DNA of 64,000 bases, taken from contig JACOXG010000004.1 of the NCBI GenBank assembly GCA_016176405.1, forward strand, positions 9,082 through 73,081. Direction: 5' to 3'. The stretch comes from Candidatus Daviesbacteria bacterium. GTDB taxonomy: Bacteria; Patescibacteriota; Microgenomatia; Daviesbacterales; UBA10151. The notes below the pieces were generated by a model. It was not told the DNA's origin, made no database searches, and saw only the letters and a program-made list of their open reading frames with translations. Both the position numbers and the translations under genes were made by a program. Positions 20,656 through 30,534 of this stretch are shown here, one piece after another (position 1 is the stretch's first letter; each line of letters starts with the position of its first letter).

Positions 20656-21180
20656 CGCTAAGAATTCCTCTATTTGTGCTTGAGAGATACCAAGAAGCCT
20701 CAGATCTTTTAGGTCTTTTGGTCTGGGAGGTGCAATGTGTAGAGGTGTACTATGTAAATCAACTGATTTACTAAATGTTAATGCTAGAGCATCAAGAATA
20801 TAGACTGGTCTTCCATTAAATTGTACTGGGGTTGAATGACTAAAAAGAATCCTAATATTAGGTTCACTACCAGGAATTCTACGTGATTCGAGCCAGCGTT
20901 TTGCGCTTTTGGAAGGGGTTCCTGCAAATTTTTTCTCTGTCTCACTATCTTCGCTTCGAAGTACTAAATCTACATCCTCTGGAATTTGTCTTGTAGGTAT
21001 TAATAAATGTACCGCTACCCCACCTTCTATAAGGTATTGTAATTGTCCATTTTCAACTTGTGGAAAAATAGAAATTAAAAGATCTAGAATTTTATCCCAG
21101 GAGGGTTGAGGATTTTCCCTATATAATGCTTCCAATGAAGGATGCCTTGGATAGACTATTATTGGTGGGAGTTCTTTCAT
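20641..21180 (-). CDS. predicted nucleotidyltransferase (Pol-beta superfamily)
   Basis: IEGGVAV..L...PEDVDLV (GG + DxD) and C-terminal RPKDLKDL. Confidence 0.65.
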   Translation of the reverse strand: MKELPPIIVYPRHPSLEALYRENPQPSWDKILDLLISIFPQVENGQLQYLIEGGVAVHLLIPTRQIPEDVDLVLRSEDSETEKKFAGTPSKSAKRWLESRRIPGSEPNIRILFSHSTPVQFNGRPVYILDALALTFSKSVDLHSTPLHIAPPRPKDLKDLRLLGISQAQIEEFLAEFTI

Positions 21181-21252
21181 AAGTTGAATTATACAATAAT
21201 TCATGCATTTTCTTCGGGTCTTCTTAGTGGTAAAATGGAATTTTGTCCCAAC

Positions 21253-21345
21253 GTCATTCCTGCGAATGCTCGCTTCGCGAAGCGAGCAGGAATCCAATTA
21301 ATAAAATCACGTTCAGAATTGGATCCCCGCCTACGCGGGGATGAC
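21253..21345 (+). repeat. GTCATTCC...GGGATGAC double-hairpin element with nested 20-bp perfect palindrome
   Basis: Near-identical to 63114-63188 plus the insert GCTCGCTTCG|CGAAGCGAGC; lies in the uvrB 5' region. Confidence 0.9.
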
Positions 21346-21362
21346 GAAAGGAAGAATATTTT

Positions 21363-23375
21363 ATGGCAAAGTTTATGATAGTTTCTGACTTTAAACCTAC
21401 TGGGGATCAGCCACAGGCTATTGAGAAGCTGGTGAGTGGATTAAATAATAATGAGAAACATCAAGTTTTGCTTGGTGTGACAGGTTCTGGAAAAACTTTT
21501 ACCATGGCCAATGTGATCCAAAAAGTCCAAAGGCCTACCTTAGTTATTTCTCATAACAAAACTCTTGCAGGGCAGCTGGCTCAAGAATTCAGGTCCCTTT
21601 TTCCCAACAATGCCGTGGAATATTTCGTTTCATACTATGATTATTACCAGCCCGAGGCTTATGTGCCTCAATCAGATACTTATATAGAAAAAGAGACAGA
21701 AATTAATGAGGAAATTGAAAAATTAAGGCTTTCCACTACTACTTCTTTGATGACCCGAAAAGATGTGATTGTGGTGGCCTCAGTATCCTGTATCTATAAC
21801 TTAGGTTCTCCTGTTGAATATGGCGGAGCTATTTTGGAGCTTAAAGAAGGGGTAAGATCTGGATTCCAATCCATTTTGAAGATGTTACAGAAAATGTATT
21901 ACTTGCGGAATGATTTAGATTTTAGAAGATCTACTTATAGAGTTAGAGGTGATACATTGGATATTTATCCTTCATACGCAGATTCTGCTGTTAGAGTAGA
22001 GTTTTTGGGGGACAAGATTGAAAGAGTATCTCATCTTGATCCTTTAACTGGAACAGTTACACCTACTTCCCAAACTTTGACTATTTTTCCTGCCAAACAC
22101 TACATTACTTCTGAGGCCAGATTTGAAGGAGCTTTAAAACAGATTCAGGAAGATTTGGTGGCCAGATTAAAACAGCTTAGGAAACAGGGAAAACTGTTGG
22201 AAGCTCAAAGATTAGAGCAAAGAACTTATTATGATCTGGAAATGATCAAAGAGTTTGGATATTGTAATGGAATTGAGAATTATTCCAGGTATTTTGATGG
22301 AAGAGCTCCAGGTGAGTCACCTTTTACTTTAATGGAATATTTTCCTAAGGATTTTTTACTAATTATTGATGAATCACACATTACTCTTCCTCAAATTAGG
22401 GGTATGTATAATGGTGACAGATCCAGAAAAGAAACCTTGGTTGAGTTTGGATTTAGGCTTCCCTCAGCTTTAGATAATAGACCGCTAAAATACGAGGAAT
22501 TTCAAAGGAAAATAAATCAAGCTATCTATGTTTCAGCCACTCCTGATGAGTATGAATTGAGTTTGGCTGGGGCTCACCTCCGAGGTGAGGGCAAGGTGAC
22601 ATCTGGCACACACCTCGGAGGTGTGGTGGAACAACTGGTCAGGCCAACAGGGATCGTAGATCCACAAATTTCTGTTAGAGGAACCAAAGGACAAATTGAT
22701 GATGTGATCAAAGAGGTAGAAAAACGCGTGGAACGTGGAGAGCGAGTCTTGATCACTACACTTACCAAAAGAATGGCAGAGGATCTGACTGACTATTTGA
22801 AAGAGAAAGGAATTAAGGTGAACTATTTACATTCAGATATTGAGACATTAAAAAGGTCTGATATTTTACAATCTTTAAGATTAGGGGAATTTGATGTGAT
22901 TGTGGGAATTAATCTTTTAAGAGAAGGTTTAGATTTACCAGAAGTAACTTTAGTCATAATCTTAGATGCTGATAAAGAAGGATTTTTAAGATCAAAAACC
23001 TCACTTATACAAACCATGGGCAGAGCTGCTAGAAATATTGGAGGAGAGGTAATTATGTATGCAGATAATGTGACAAAGTCTATGAAAGCTGCTATAGAGG
23101 AGGTGGATAGAAGAAGACAATACCAGGAGGAATATAATAAAAAACATAAAATAAAACCTAGAAGTATTGAGAAAGCTTTAAGGGAAAGGTTAATTGAGCA
23201 AGTTGAAGAGTTAGAAGAGCAATTGGGTAAAAAAGAGTTAAGAGTGGAGGATATTCCACCAAAAGAAAGAGATAAAATGTTAAGAAATTTAGAAACTCAA
23301 ATGAAACAAGCAGCAGAACTTTTGGATTTTGAGGAAGCAGCAAGACTTAGGGATCAAATTAAGGAGCTAAGTTAG
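21363..23375 (+). CDS. uvrB: excinuclease ABC subunit B
   Basis: GVTGSGKT, YYDYYQPEAY, DESH, GRAARN, C-terminal UVR domain. Confidence 0.98.
   Translation: MAKFMIVSDFKPTGDQPQAIEKLVSGLNNNEKHQVLLGVTGSGKTFTMANVIQKVQRPTLVISHNKTLAGQLAQEFRSLFPNNAVEYFVSYYDYYQPEAYVPQSDTYIEKETEINEEIEKLRLSTTTSLMTRKDVIVVASVSCIYNLGSPVEYGGAILELKEGVRSGFQSILKMLQKMYYLRNDLDFRRSTYRVRGDTLDIYPSYADSAVRVEFLGDKIERVSHLDPLTGTVTPTSQTLTIFPAKHYITSEARFEGALKQIQEDLVARLKQLRKQGKLLEAQRLEQRTYYDLEMIKEFGYCNGIENYSRYFDGRAPGESPFTLMEYFPKDFLLIIDESHITLPQIRGMYNGDRSRKETLVEFGFRLPSALDNRPLKYEEFQRKINQAIYVSATPDEYELSLAGAHLRGEGKVTSGTHLGGVVEQLVRPTGIVDPQISVRGTKGQIDDVIKEVEKRVERGERVLITTLTKRMAEDLTDYLKEKGIKVNYLHSDIETLKRSDILQSLRLGEFDVIVGINLLREGLDLPEVTLVIILDADKEGFLRSKTSLIQTMGRAARNIGGEVIMYADNVTKSMKAAIEEVDRRRQYQEEYNKKHKIKPRSIEKALRERLIEQVEELEEQLGKKELRVEDIPPKERDKMLRNLETQMKQAAELLDFEEAARLRDQIKELS
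22575..22623 (+). repeat. 49-bp REP doublet (REPIN-like) in frame in uvrB
   Basis: CACCTCCGAGGTG-23 nt-CACCTCGGAGGTG, translated HLRGEGKVTSGTHLGGV. Confidence 0.92.
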
Positions 23376-23688
23376 GAGTTGCTTTCGCAGGGTCGGGAAC
23401 AGGAAGCTGATTTACAAAGTCCCTTATTTTCCCCCAATTATTTTCCTTTAATAGTCCACCTAATTGTTGCAAATCACTACCTGATATGAACCATGCTCTT
23501 CTTAATGATTCATTTAGTCCAGGTGCCCTCTCCCCTTCATTTTTAATGAGCTCAGTTATAGATTGGAACATGGCATCTGCATTGGCTTTAGGATTTTTTT
23601 GATTAATTAAGACTTGCTGAAGAGTAATCATGGCAAGCAAGTCTTGAGTTTCAAAATGGATACCTTCTTTTTGTTCTGCCTCAGCCAT
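23359..23688 (-). CDS. hypothetical protein between uvrB and uvrA
   Basis: 109-aa ORF with a promoter-like TTGACA/TAAGAT upstream. Confidence 0.6.
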   Translation of the reverse strand: MAEAEQKEGIHFETQDLLAMITLQQVLINQKNPKANADAMFQSITELIKNEGERAPGLNESLRRAWFISGSDLQQLGGLLKENNWGKIRDFVNQLPVPDPAKATPNLAP

Positions 23689-24160
23689 ATAAAGTAATCT
23701 TATACCCCTTTAAAAATCTTGTCAAATACCTCATAATATGGTCTTTAAAGATTCAAGGGCTTCCAAAATCTTGCAAAAGAGATTATAATATCCCAGTCAT
23801 TTTTCGGGAATTTTTCGTATGCCTATTGACAAAATTATTATCAAAGGTGCTCGTGAGCACAATCTTGGCTTTTGATACCCTATATGCTGAGGGGCAGAGA
23901 AGATATGTTGAATCCCTTTCTGCTTATGCCAGGCAGTTTTTGGGGGTCATGGATAAGCCTGATGTAGATTTAATTGAAGGATTATCTCCTGCTATTTCTA
24001 TTGATCAAAAAGGAGTTTCACACAATCCCAGATCTACTGTTGGAACAACTACTGAAATTTATGATTACTTAAGGCTACTTTTTGCCAGAATTGGCCATCC
24101 TCATTGTCCTATTTGTGGCAGGGAAATTAGTAGGATGAGTGTGGAACAGATTGTGGAAAT

Positions 24161-24191
24161 AGTCATCAGTAGTCAGTCATCAGCTATCAGC
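24161..24191 (+). repeat. heptamer tandem array (AGTCATC-type) in frame in uvrA
   Basis: AGTCATC AGTAGTC AGTCATC AGCTATC, translated VISSQSSAIS. Confidence 0.7.
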
Positions 24192-24390
24192 AAGAAGGGG
24201 AGAAGAATCATGGTTTTGGCTCCTGTTGTTAAAGATAGAAAAGGGGAGTACTCCTCGCTTTTTGAAGATTTAAGAAAGAAAGGTTTTTCTAAAGCCAGAG
24301 TTGATGGGCAGATTAGGGATTTGAGTGAGGATTTTGTATTGATTAAAACTAATAAGCACACTATTGATGTCGTAGTTGATCGGCTCGTGT

Positions 24391-24463
24391 TAGAGTCTAG
24401 AGTCAAGAATCTAGAATCTAGTGAGACACAATATAGACTCTCGACTCTAGCGACTAGACTCTC
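24391..24463 (+). repeat. inverted heptamer arrays (TAGAGTC)n...(TAGACTC)n in frame in uvrA
   Basis: Translated LESRVKNLESSETQYRLSTLATRLS; same family as 52338-52401. Confidence 0.85.
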
Positions 24464-25175
24464 ACAAAGTATTGAAACAGCAGTTAAATTAGGTGAAGGA
24501 TCTGTAATAGTTTCTGATGTTTTAGATGCTTCTTTAGAATTTCCCCAGAGCCCTAAAAAAATGGAAGATCACCTATACTCTGAAAGATTTGCCTGTCCTG
24601 TTGACAATATAGCTCTATCTGAGGTTGAGCCCAGATTATTTTCTTTTAATTCCCCCCACGGAGCTTGTCCAACATGCTCCGGATTAGGTTCTCTTTTAGA
24701 GATTGATCCGGAAATGGTCTTAAACCCAATTTTATCCATTGCTGAGGGTGGAATTTTACCCTGGCAAAAATTAGCCACTCATGAAACCTGGTTTTCCAGG
24801 CTAATTGAGGCAGTGGGTAAGGAATATGGCTTTGACTTAAACACCAGATTAGGACAGCTTTCAGATGAGGCTAAAAAAGTGCTTCTACATGGTTCAGGAG
24901 ACGATGAATTCAGAGTGGAAGGTAGAAATAGACAAGGCAGATGGACCTCATTTTATTCTGAATTTCAAGGCTTAGTTCCATATTTAAAGCAAAGATACCA
25001 AGAATCTGAATCAGATTATGTCAGAGCAGAAATTGAAAAATATATGTATAAAGAAACATGTCCCAAATGTAAAGGGGCTAGGCTTAAAGATGAGGCTTTA
25101 TCAATCACCATTGATGGTTTAAATATTGCTGAGGTGACCACCCAATCTATCAACGAAGCTTTAGATTGGATTGCT

Positions 25176-25224
25176 CACCTCCGAGGTGAGGGCAAGGTGA
25201 TGTCTGGATCACACCTCGGAGGTG
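25176..25224 (+). repeat. 49-bp REP doublet (REPIN-like) in frame in uvrA
   Basis: 45/49 nt identical to the uvrB copy; translated HLRGEGKVMSGSHLGGV. Confidence 0.92.
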
Positions 25225-26659
25225 TACTCTCGGAACGAGAATGGCAAATTGCCACCTCAATTGTCAAAGAAATTAAAGCTAGATCACAGTTTTTGATTGA
25301 TGTAGGTTTAGATTATTTAACTTTAGATAGACCCTCTATGACTTTGGCAGGAGGGGAGTCACAAAGGATCAGATTGGCCTCTCAAATTGGTTCAGGGTTA
25401 TCTGGAGTTTTATATGTTTTAGATGAACCCTCAATTGGTTTACATCAAAGGGATAATGCCAGGTTGATTGATACTTTAAAGAGACTGCGGGATTTGGGAC
25501 GGAGGGAAAATTGTCGATACTGGAACCCCTGACCAAATTAAAAAGAGCCCAGCCTCTTTAACAGGTCAATATTTATCCGGAAAAAAGCAGGTGAGAGTTA
25601 ATGGAGAACTGAGAAGACAATATGTGAACATGGGACATTTAAAAATTAAGGGAGCCTCTCAGCATAATTTAAAAAATATCAATGTAGATTTTCCTTTGGG
25701 ACAATTTATAGCAATCACTGGAGTTTCAGGTTCAGGTAAATCAACTTTAATTCATGATATTTTATATAAAGCTTTAGCTCAGAAAGTTTATAAAACTAAG
25801 GAAAGACCAGGAGCTCATAAGGAATTGGAAGGTATGGAGTATGTGGACAAGGTGGTTTTAGTTGATCAATCACCAATTGGTCGGACTCCCCGCTCAAATC
25901 CAGCCACCTACACAGGCGCTTTTACTTTTATCAGAGATTTATTTGCCCAAAGTCCTGAGGCTAAAATCAGAGGTTATGGACCTGGCAGATTTTCTTTTAA
26001 TGTCAAAGGTGGCAGGTGTGAGGTTTGTGAGGGAGAAGGACAGCTCAAAATTGAGATGCAGTTTTTACCGGATGTGTATGTGACTTGTGAGGCATGTAAT
26101 GGTAAAAGATATAACAGAGAAGCTTTGGATATTCATTTTAAAGAAAAAAATATCTCAGATGTTTTAGAAATGACTGTGGAGGAAGGGTTAAAGTTTTTTG
26201 AAAATATTCCTAATTTAAAAAATAAATTACAGGTGTTAAATGATGTGGGGTTAGGTTATATAGGGTTAGGTCAGCCAGCCCCAACCTTGAGTGGTGGTGA
26301 AGCCCAAAGAATAAAACTCTCTTCAGAGCTGTCCAAAAGACCAACAGGACACACAGTTTATATTTTGGATGAGCCCACCACTGGTTTACATTTTGCGGAT
26401 ATAGAAAGGCTTTTGACCATTCTAAGAAGACTGGTTAATTTTGGGAATACGGTCATAATTATTGAGCATAATTTAGATGTGATTAAAAATACCGATTGGG
26501 TCATAGACTTAGGCCCAGAAGGTGGGGATAAAGGAGGGCAAATTATAGCAGAAGGCACTCCCCAAAATATAGCCAAAATCAAATCTTCATATACCGGTCA
26601 ATATTTGGCAAAAATACTCTAATTAGATTCATAACTCCTATTTTGTTACAATATGGGGA

Positions 26660-28591
26660 ATGTTTAAGAAGCTTTTCAGCCAAGTTATGAGTTATTGGTT
26701 ATGGGTTATGAGTGTCTTATTGTCTTTACTCATAACTCATAACTCATCACTCATCACTCCTGTCTATGCTGCTGAGGAGTTTGCTACCTCATATGAGGTG
26801 GTTTATGACATTACCGAAGATGGAATAACCACAGTTACTGAAAAAATTACCTTAATAAATTTAACTTCTCAATATTACGCCAACCAATTTAAGCTGACCA
26901 TTGGTGCCACCGAGGTTTTTGATGTCAAAGCCTCTGATGATGCTGGTGTCATGGAAGTCAATACCAAAAAGGAAGAAACTAGCACCTCTATTGAGGTTAA
27001 GTTTAACCAACAGGTGGCAGGTCTAGGTAAACAATTGCCCTGGACTTTACAATTTAAATCCAAAGATTTTGCCGAAAAAGTGGGAAAGGTTTGGGAAGTG
27101 AGAGCTCCCAAAATTTCCTCCAGCACCAATTTGGAGTCTTATAATCTGACCATTGCAGTTCCCCAAAGCTTTGGTGAACCAACCCTGATTACACCTAACC
27201 CCAAAAGCCAAACCAGCTCCACAGGTAGGCTATTTTTAACCTTTACCGAGGACCAGATTACCCAATCAGGAGTTTCTGCCAATTTTGGTACTATCCAGCT
27301 TTTTGATTTTGATCTGACCTATCATCTGGAAAATGACAATTTAGTACCCATCTTAACCAATATTGCTCTGCCTCCTGATACTGCTTTCCAGGATGTCATT
27401 TTTCAAAGGATTGAACCTAAGCCAATTAATGTCTCGGTTGATGAGGACGGCAATTATTTGGCCTGGTATCGACTAACCAGAGGCCAAAAATTGGATATTC
27501 AAGTAGTTGGTTCAGCCAAATTATATAGTAGTTCCAAAGTTAAAAATCCTATCTTAAGCGATGATCTCAAAAGAAAATATACCCGAGCAGACAAATATTG
27601 GGAAAGGGATAATCCCCAAATAATCTCCTTACTGACACAAATCCTGGGTGACACCCCTCCTGCCACTACATCAGAAAAGGCCAAATTAATTTTTCGCTAT
27701 GTGGTCAATAGCTTAAAATATGATCAATCCAGACTGACTGACGATATTGAAAGATATGGAGCAGTGACTGCTTTAAATAATCCTACTTCTGCGGTTTGTA
27801 TGGAATTTACTGATCTGTTTATTGCCCTGTCCCGGGCAGCTGGCATTCCTGCCAGGGAGCTCAATGGTTTTGCTTACTCAGCTAACCCAGCCTTAAGACC
27901 ACTTTCTCTAACCAAAGATATTTTGCACTCCTGGCCAGAATATTTCGATGAGAGAGTCGGTTGGGTCATGGTAGACCCCACCTGGGAAAATACCACTGGT
28001 GGGGTAGATTATTTTTCCAAACTTGATTTAAATCATTTTGTTTTTGTCACCAAAGGTTTATCTTCCATTCAACCGATTCCAGCCGGCTCTTATAAATACA
28101 GTGGGCAAGACAGCCGAGATGTCAAGGTGGTTTTATCTGATAAGGATTTTTTGGGGAAGGCCCAGATTAATGTGGAGGTTGAAGCTGCGAACCCCCTTCT
28201 GTCAGGTTTTGGAGGCAAAATAAAAGTTAAAATCACCAATCTAGGCAATGCTCTTTTTTCTTCTACCCCTTTTTCTTTGTCGAGTTCCCAAATATCTATT
28301 CAGTCCCACCAATCCTCAACCACTGGCCCTATACCTGCTTTTGGGACTGCTGAATTTGAATATAATGTCAAAACCAAATCATTATTTGATTCTTTTGATG
28401 ATAATTTAGTGGCTTTAGTCGGTGGGCAGAAATTTGAAAACCCCATCAGTGTTAGGCCTTTTATTCTCTTTCAAAGAGTACCCCTAATTATTTTCTCCAG
28501 CTTGATAGCTTTGATGGTGGTCCTTTATTTAACCATTCTTTTGGTCTTTACCTTAAGAAAAAGACACCTTTGGATATTTAGACCCAAATGA
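26660..28591 (+). CDS. secreted, membrane-anchored transglutaminase-like protein
   Basis: AVCMEFTDLF (Cys), LHSWPE (His), VDPTW (Asp); signal peptide and C-terminal TM helix. Confidence 0.88.
   Translation: MFKKLFSQVMSYWLWVMSVLLSLLITHNSSLITPVYAAEEFATSYEVVYDITEDGITTVTEKITLINLTSQYYANQFKLTIGATEVFDVKASDDAGVMEVNTKKEETSTSIEVKFNQQVAGLGKQLPWTLQFKSKDFAEKVGKVWEVRAPKISSSTNLESYNLTIAVPQSFGEPTLITPNPKSQTSSTGRLFLTFTEDQITQSGVSANFGTIQLFDFDLTYHLENDNLVPILTNIALPPDTAFQDVIFQRIEPKPINVSVDEDGNYLAWYRLTRGQKLDIQVVGSAKLYSSSKVKNPILSDDLKRKYTRADKYWERDNPQIISLLTQILGDTPPATTSEKAKLIFRYVVNSLKYDQSRLTDDIERYGAVTALNNPTSAVCMEFTDLFIALSRAAGIPARELNGFAYSANPALRPLSLTKDILHSWPEYFDERVGWVMVDPTWENTTGGVDYFSKLDLNHFVFVTKGLSSIQPIPAGSYKYSGQDSRDVKVVLSDKDFLGKAQINVEVEAANPLLSGFGGKIKVKITNLGNALFSSTPFSLSSSQISIQSHQSSTTGPIPAFGTAEFEYNVKTKSLFDSFDDNLVALVGGQKFENPISVRPFILFQRVPLIIFSSLIALMVVLYLTILLVFTLRKRHLWIFRPK
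26684..26758 (+). repeat. inverted heptamer arrays (GTTATGA)n...(ACTCATA)n encoding part of the signal peptide
   Basis: GTTATGA GTTATTG GTTATGG GTTATGA ... ACTCATA ACTCATA ACTCATC ACTCATC. Confidence 0.8.
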
Positions 28592-29883
28592 TCCCATCTT
28601 TTATTGATAAATCCAATATTCCACATAGAAGTGGTGTCTATATTTTTAAGGATAATAGGCAAAGTGTTATTTATGTGGGAAAAGCGATTGATTTATATCA
28701 TCGAGTAGCCTCATATTTTGGCAATCATAGTGGTGATGTAAAACTAACAAATTTGGTAAGTAACATTTCTTCAGTGGAAACCATTATCGTGGAATATGAA
28801 CTGGAAGCCTTAATTTTGGAGGCCAACTTAATCAAAAAATACCTACCTCCTTTTAATGTTAGTTTAAAAGATGATAAAGATTATCTTTATATTGGTATTA
28901 CCAAAGAAGATTTTCCCAAAGTCATTACATTAAGAAAACAAGATTTAAAAAGGGTTAAGAAGTTTTTTGGCCCCTTTCCTTCTGCGAGGACCGTTAGAGA
29001 CACACTTAAGCTGTTGCGTCGGGTCTTCCCTTGGTGTGCCAATCCACCTGGATTAAGAAATAGATACTCAAGACCTTGTTTCTATTACCATATAGGTTTA
29101 TGTCCTGGTGTATGTGCTGGATTAATTACTAAACAAGATTACCAGAAAACTATTAGAAGATTTGCCTTCTTTTTGGAGGGGAAAAAAGAGGAGCTGGTAG
29201 AGGAGTTATTTAGAGAAATGGCTGAAGCAGCTAAAGAAGAAAAGTTTGAAGAAGCTTCTAAAGTCAAGAAAATGCTTGATGGTATCAATTATCTTCTCCA
29301 GCCAAATAGAGCTCAGATTTATTTGGAAAACCCTAATTTTTTACAGGAAGAAAACAAACAAGCTCTAGTTAAACTTCAGAAGGATCTTAATTTGGAAAAA
29401 TTACCGGAAAGGATTGAGGCTTATGATATTTCTAATATTCAAGGTAAAGACGCAGTAGGATCAATGGTAGTTTTAACAAATGGTGAGATTGATAAATCTC
29501 AGTACAGAAAATTCAGAATCAGAGTGGCCGGAAGACCAAATGATGTAGGTATGCATAAAGAGATGATCAGACGTCGTTTAAACCATCCAGAATGGCCAAT
29601 GCCTGACTTAATCTTAGTAGATGGAGGAAGGGGACAGGCAAGAGCTGTAAAATTACAAATTACAAATTACAAATTGAATAACCTGCCTTTGGCAGGACAA
29701 ATTCCAGTTCTCGGCTTGGCCAAAAGAATGGAGTGGTTGTACCCACCTGAGGGTGAAGTGATCAAACTTTCCAAAAGAAGTTTAGCATTGAAACTATTGC
29801 AAAAAATTAGAGATGAAGCTCACCGTTTTGCTGTGACCTTCCATAGAAAGTTACACCAAAAATCGGTTATACTGGGATTGTAA
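28588..29883 (+). CDS. uvrC: excinuclease ABC subunit C (short; no HhH tail)
   Basis: GIY-YIG domain GVYIF..IYVGKA, Cys cluster, UVR, RIEAYDISN, DGGRGQ, RDEAHRFA. Confidence 0.95.
   Translation: MIPSFIDKSNIPHRSGVYIFKDNRQSVIYVGKAIDLYHRVASYFGNHSGDVKLTNLVSNISSVETIIVEYELEALILEANLIKKYLPPFNVSLKDDKDYLYIGITKEDFPKVITLRKQDLKRVKKFFGPFPSARTVRDTLKLLRRVFPWCANPPGLRNRYSRPCFYYHIGLCPGVCAGLITKQDYQKTIRRFAFFLEGKKEELVEELFREMAEAAKEEKFEEASKVKKMLDGINYLLQPNRAQIYLENPNFLQEENKQALVKLQKDLNLEKLPERIEAYDISNIQGKDAVGSMVVLTNGEIDKSQYRKFRIRVAGRPNDVGMHKEMIRRRLNHPEWPMPDLILVDGGRGQARAVKLQITNYKLNNLPLAGQIPVLGLAKRMEWLYPPEGEVIKLSKRSLALKLLQKIRDEAHRFAVTFHRKLHQKSVILGL
29650..29703 (+). repeat. (AAATTAC)n heptamer array with nested CCTGCC-TTT-GGCAGG hairpin in frame in uvrC
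   Basis: Translated KLQITNYKLNNLPLAGQI. Confidence 0.75.
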
Positions 29884-29888
29884 GGTAT

Positions 29889-30290
29889 ATGAGGACTCTT
29901 TTAAGGTATTTTTTAATAAATTTTGCCTCTCTTTGGGTAACTACCAAGATTTTGCCGGGATTAACCTATACAGGAGGATTGAGAACGCTCATTTTGGGAG
30001 GCTTGGTTTTTAGCATTATTAATTTTTTGCTGATTCCCCTACTGAAAGTGTTACTACTACCTCTAAATTTATTAACCTTAGGTTTGTTTGCCTGGCTAAC
30101 CAATGTACTGGCTTTATATGCTTTAACCACGGTGGTGGCTGGGTTTCACTTAAGACCATACCATTTCACGGGATTTGTCTATAATGGCTTTACCATACCA
30201 GCTGTTGATCTGTCCACCTTTTGGGTGGCTGTAGTAGCCTCATTAACCATTGGTCTAATCACCCATTTCCTCCAGTGGTTGAGCCATTAG
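29889..30290 (+). CDS. phage holin family / YvlD-like membrane protein
   Basis: N..L.P.LK.L.LP.N.LTLGLF....N motif. Confidence 0.85.
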   Translation: MRTLLRYFLINFASLWVTTKILPGLTYTGGLRTLILGGLVFSIINFLLIPLLKVLLLPLNLLTLGLFAWLTNVLALYALTTVVAGFHLRPYHFTGFVYNGFTIPAVDLSTFWVAVVASLTIGLITHFLQWLSH

Positions 30291-30315
30291 CATCATGATA
30301 TAATCCATTGATACG

Positions 30316-30534
30316 ATGAAGCCTGTTATTTCATTTATACAGATTATCTTGGGTGTTTTACTGATTTTGGTAATTATTATTCAGCAAAAAGGCACCGGCT
30401 TAGGATCAACTTTCGGGGGAGAACTTGGCTTTTATAGAACTAAAAGGGGAGCGGAGAAGATGTTATTTTATGTAACCATTATTTTGGCTGCCGCCTTTAT
30501 CCTGTTATCTTTGGTAGGACTAATTGTGAGATGA
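30316..30534 (+). CDS. secG: preprotein translocase subunit SecG
   Basis: TM-IIQQKGTGLGSTFGG-TKRGAEK-TM. Confidence 0.9.
   Translation: MKPVISFIQIILGVLLILVIIIQQKGTGLGSTFGGELGFYRTKRGAEKMLFYVTIILAAAFILLSLVGLIVR

Larger units (their letters stand above)
23819..26622 (+). pseudogene. uvrA: excinuclease ABC subunit A, frameshifted at ~23866 and ~25500
   Basis: MPIDKIIIKGAREHNL joins directly to LAFDTLYAEGQRRY (first Walker A absent). RDLG joins directly to GGKIV (the VVEHD..DIGPGAG segment is absent). The rest is canonical UvrA. Confidence 0.9.

Noticed and set aside
21142-21378. 78-aa ORF ending VIPANA...DPRLRGDD
   Set aside because: It is read-through of a stop-free repeat and overlaps two real genes.
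23860-25505. Programmed frameshifting as the cause of the uvrA breaks
   Set aside because: Whole conserved segments are absent, which recoding cannot restore.
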